Source of the DNA: Monocercomonoides exilis PA203
Taxonomy: Eukaryota; Protista; Preaxostyla
Direction of reading: 5' to 3'
Length of the DNA: 64,000 nt
Assembly (NCBI GenBank): GCA_001643675.2
Contig: LSRY02000026.1
Span: 558,001-622,000, forward strand
Notes under the pieces: model-generated
What the model was told of the DNA's origin: nothing
Databases searched by the model: none
What the model saw: only the letters and a program-made list of their open reading frames with translations
Position numbers and translations under genes: made by a program
In this document: one piece after another, positions 61,033 to 64,000 of the stretch
Numbering within the stretch: the first letter of the stretch is position 1
Layout of the letters: each line of letters starts with the position of its first letter

Positions 61033-64000
61033 TGAAAAAGAAAATATGAAATTCACTTTCTTCTCTTCGATCTGAGAGTATCACTTAAGGGTCAGTCACC
61101 CAAGCGAATCTGGTTTAAAAAAGTGAAGTGTGGAAAATGCGCGTGAAAATACAAATTGCGCTTGAAGAGAAAAAGGTGAAATGGGTTTCAAAATGGGTTT
61201 TGGGTTGGTATTGCATCTGGAACCTGTTTAAAGCTTTCTTCATAGGGTGGGAGTGAAAACGCGGTGGGTGAAGAGAAGAAAGTGAATTTCATATTTTTTT
61301 TTCTAATCAAAACACAAGCATTTTGATTTACAAGAAAACATTCATTCACTTTCTTCTCTTCGATCTGAGAGTTTGGAGTAATTGGGCGTTATGGATTACT
61401 TTCTGAATTTTCTCTTTCCATCATTTCTTTTCTTCTCTGTGATCTTGTTCGAATAATAAACTGGATACATTTTTCTTCGATGATTTCACTTGTGTCTTTC
61501 TCGTTTTCATTGTTCGTTGTATTTAATTGCTTTTCGTGGATAGATTGAGACTCATTATCATCTGGTTCTTCGATACGGTCTGGTTGTGAGATCTTTTCCC
61601 TTGCTTTCTCTGTTTCATGGCCTTCTGGCAAACGAGATTGTTGATTGATGGGAATAATGGAATCTTTTTCGTCTGGTATGGATGCGGATGGAGGAATTGT
61701 GGAAGGCTGATGAATTGCTTTCTTTGTCTCCTGATTCGAAGATATAATCTGGGCCATCTTGTTTGATATGTTAGATTTGAAATAATGTTTGATCACCGTG
61801 TTGCTTCTGGGGGATAATCTTGCGAATTTTGCCACCTGCTCGACTGGAGTTCCCGCCATTGTTAAGGCTGATATGGAGGCATGTTTCAAGGTGTATGGGC
61901 TGTAGTTCGACGGGATTCTTGCATCTTTCATCATTTCGCTTGCTGCTTTTCGAATTGCACGGGCATTCATTGGATCATATGTTGAAGAGCTCAGAAATAG
62001 TTTATTTGCAGCTGGATTGTGATTTTTCACTCGATCCCATAAATCTTTAACGGCTGTTGCTGGACATATCAAACTTTCCTTGTCGAGGAATGGGATGACA
62101 ATGTTGCTTCTTTCAAGTCCAGTTTTCAGTGATGTATTCAGGTTTATTGATTGCTTATCTATTTCTGATTCCTTGAGATTGATTCTTTCCAATTCTGTGA
62201 AGCGGCACGCAGAGAACATCATGCATAAACAAATTGTTTTCCTTGTCAGCTGTGAGAATGACAAATTTTCGTTCTGTCCAATCGTTTCTATATGCGTGAA
62301 GAGTTGTTGAGGGTTCCACATATCATCCTGTCTCTTTTTCTTTCTGCATTCCGATCTCCTGAATGATCTAAACAGGATTGAAATCAAGGTGTTCTCTAAA
62401 GTGATTTTCCGTATAATACTGATGTTAGGAATGAAATGGCAGATCTGACAATTCTCAATGAAGAAGCTTTCATTCCGTTGTTTTTCAAGGCAACAAACAC
62501 ATCCAAGCATCTTTTTTGCCAAATCTGAAATTTTGAAGGGATGTCTTTGAATTTTAACTGATCCCATCCGTCTTTGAAATGCGCGAAACCATAAGTGTAT
62601 CCCATCCATGTTGCACTAGCGACGCTGTTTTTGCACTCTTCGGCCAGTTCACGTGACATGCTTCTTGATGCTAAAATCTCGTTCCACCACGATTTTCCCT
62701 TTTCAGTTATGGATTGATTAGGCATATCCTCAGTCTTCCTGGAGGAAGCGTTGCATTCATTAGCTTCATCCATCTTCCTTCCTTGATTATCTCCTCCGTT
62801 CTCCTCCATGTCCAAGAGATGTGATTTGTGTTGTTCAGAAGAGGTTCCCATATCTGACCTTTCCAATCTGGAAGAAGAAGAAGAACTCGAGCTTTCTCCA
62901 TCGCTGCTTTTCGGATCACTGCTGGAATCAAAGGAACCGGTGGATGCGCAAGAACTGTCTCGTTTCTCCATGAAATTTGCAACCCGTCTTGACTTAAATT
63001 GCTTCCTGGTCCGCACCATCTCGTTGATTTTGTGTTTTCTTTTGTTGCGAAGGCATCGAGTGTGATGTTCGTTTGAAGCTGACTGGTGATCTCTTCGAGT
63101 GCTTCTTGTTCGACTTCGTAATCTCCTCCTTTTGCCAATCTCGATAGGCCATCTGCTCTGACGTTTCTCTCTCCGGGAATATGTTGAGCTTTCACAACAA
63201 CTTTCAGCGCTTGGGTTTGATTCCATATTTTCTTCAGAAGGGTTCTGAGATTCGGACCCGCTCCTCATCGATTCAGATTGAAAACTGCTGTTGTGTTGTC
63301 TGATCGAATAAGCAGATTTCTTATTTTTTGATTTCGAATGGAATTTGAGAAATGCGCGATGGCTTGATTTATAGCGAATAGCTCTCTGTAATTTGAACTT
63401 TGGTTTCTGACTTGAAGTGGAAGAGTTTTGTGAAAGTCCAGCATTTGGTTGTTGACTTTTAGTGTTGCGCCTATGGCAAACCCTGATGCATCTGTCGTAA
63501 GAATTGCTTCTGGTCGAAACACTGGGTTCAATCTCCTTGGTTGGTTCTCTTTCAGCCTTTCGCTCCACTTCATGAGGCAATTTGTTATCGATGCATTCAC
63601 GCGCATTTTTCCTTGCCATCCATTCAGACTCAAAGCTTTGTTTAGGAGTTTGTACAGTTGTGACAAATTCAGGGAGGCTTCTTGATACACGAATCTTGTT
63701 GCGTTCAGTTTCCCTATCAACGAGGCAAACTTCTTTATCGAAACAACTCTGTTGTTCTGGGCAACCCTCATCCATTTCTTGCACTCTTTCATCAGTTCGG
63801 TTTTCTTCGATTCCTCTATCTGTACCACAAACTGATTGGAATTTGTTGAACATCGAAAGAGTTTTCTCCACAATAATATTGAGTTCCTGCGGGTCTTGAT
63901 GAAGAAGAACGATATCGTCCAGGTATGCAATTGTTCTCACTTTCCATTCCTCCCTCATGTATTTCAGAACTTTTCTCATCACTTTTGTGAACGTTCGAGG
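61033..64000 (-). mobile_element. DIRS-type retrotransposon, copy 3 (3' part; runs off the window)
   Basis: RT YLDD, RH TDAS/SDN, MT HPPVPLI, YR YTLKHAS/VIKHY; ICR 61270-61372; right ITR 61033-61100; internal deletions. Confidence 0.92.

Noticed and set aside
1-64000. tRNA or rRNA genes
   Set aside because: None recognised by eye; tRNAscan-SE or Infernal would be needed to exclude them

Overview
AT-rich eukaryotic DNA with short spliceosomal introns and the standard genetic code. The gene families (E/K-rich coiled-coil protein, beta-helix surface proteins, a beta-helix receptor-pseudokinase, an 'IKEIIxYH...EEEGYED' helical family) resemble an oxymonad such as Monocercomonoides; that assignment is my inference. 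The window is a repeat-rich accessory region. It holds (i) three diverged DIRS-type tyrosine-recombinase retrotransposons, one structurally complete with ITRs and an internal complementary region (ICR); (ii) a head-to-head inverted pair of ~1246-aa membrane-anchored surface-protein genes with mosaic divergence and an asymmetric 1.8-kb spacer; (iii) two copies, 44,267 bp apart, of a coiled-coil gene sharing an in-frame TAG, the second fused in frame through another TAG to a receptor-pseudokinase ORF; (iv) five members of a lineage-specific helical-protein family, mostly pseudogenes; (v) Tc1/IS630, pogo and Merlin transposase relics, MITEs and microsatellites. The best candidates for something new are a possible inversion/gene-conversion surface-antigen switch and the unusual cis-elements and catalytic motifs of the DIRS family. 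All alignments were done by eye.
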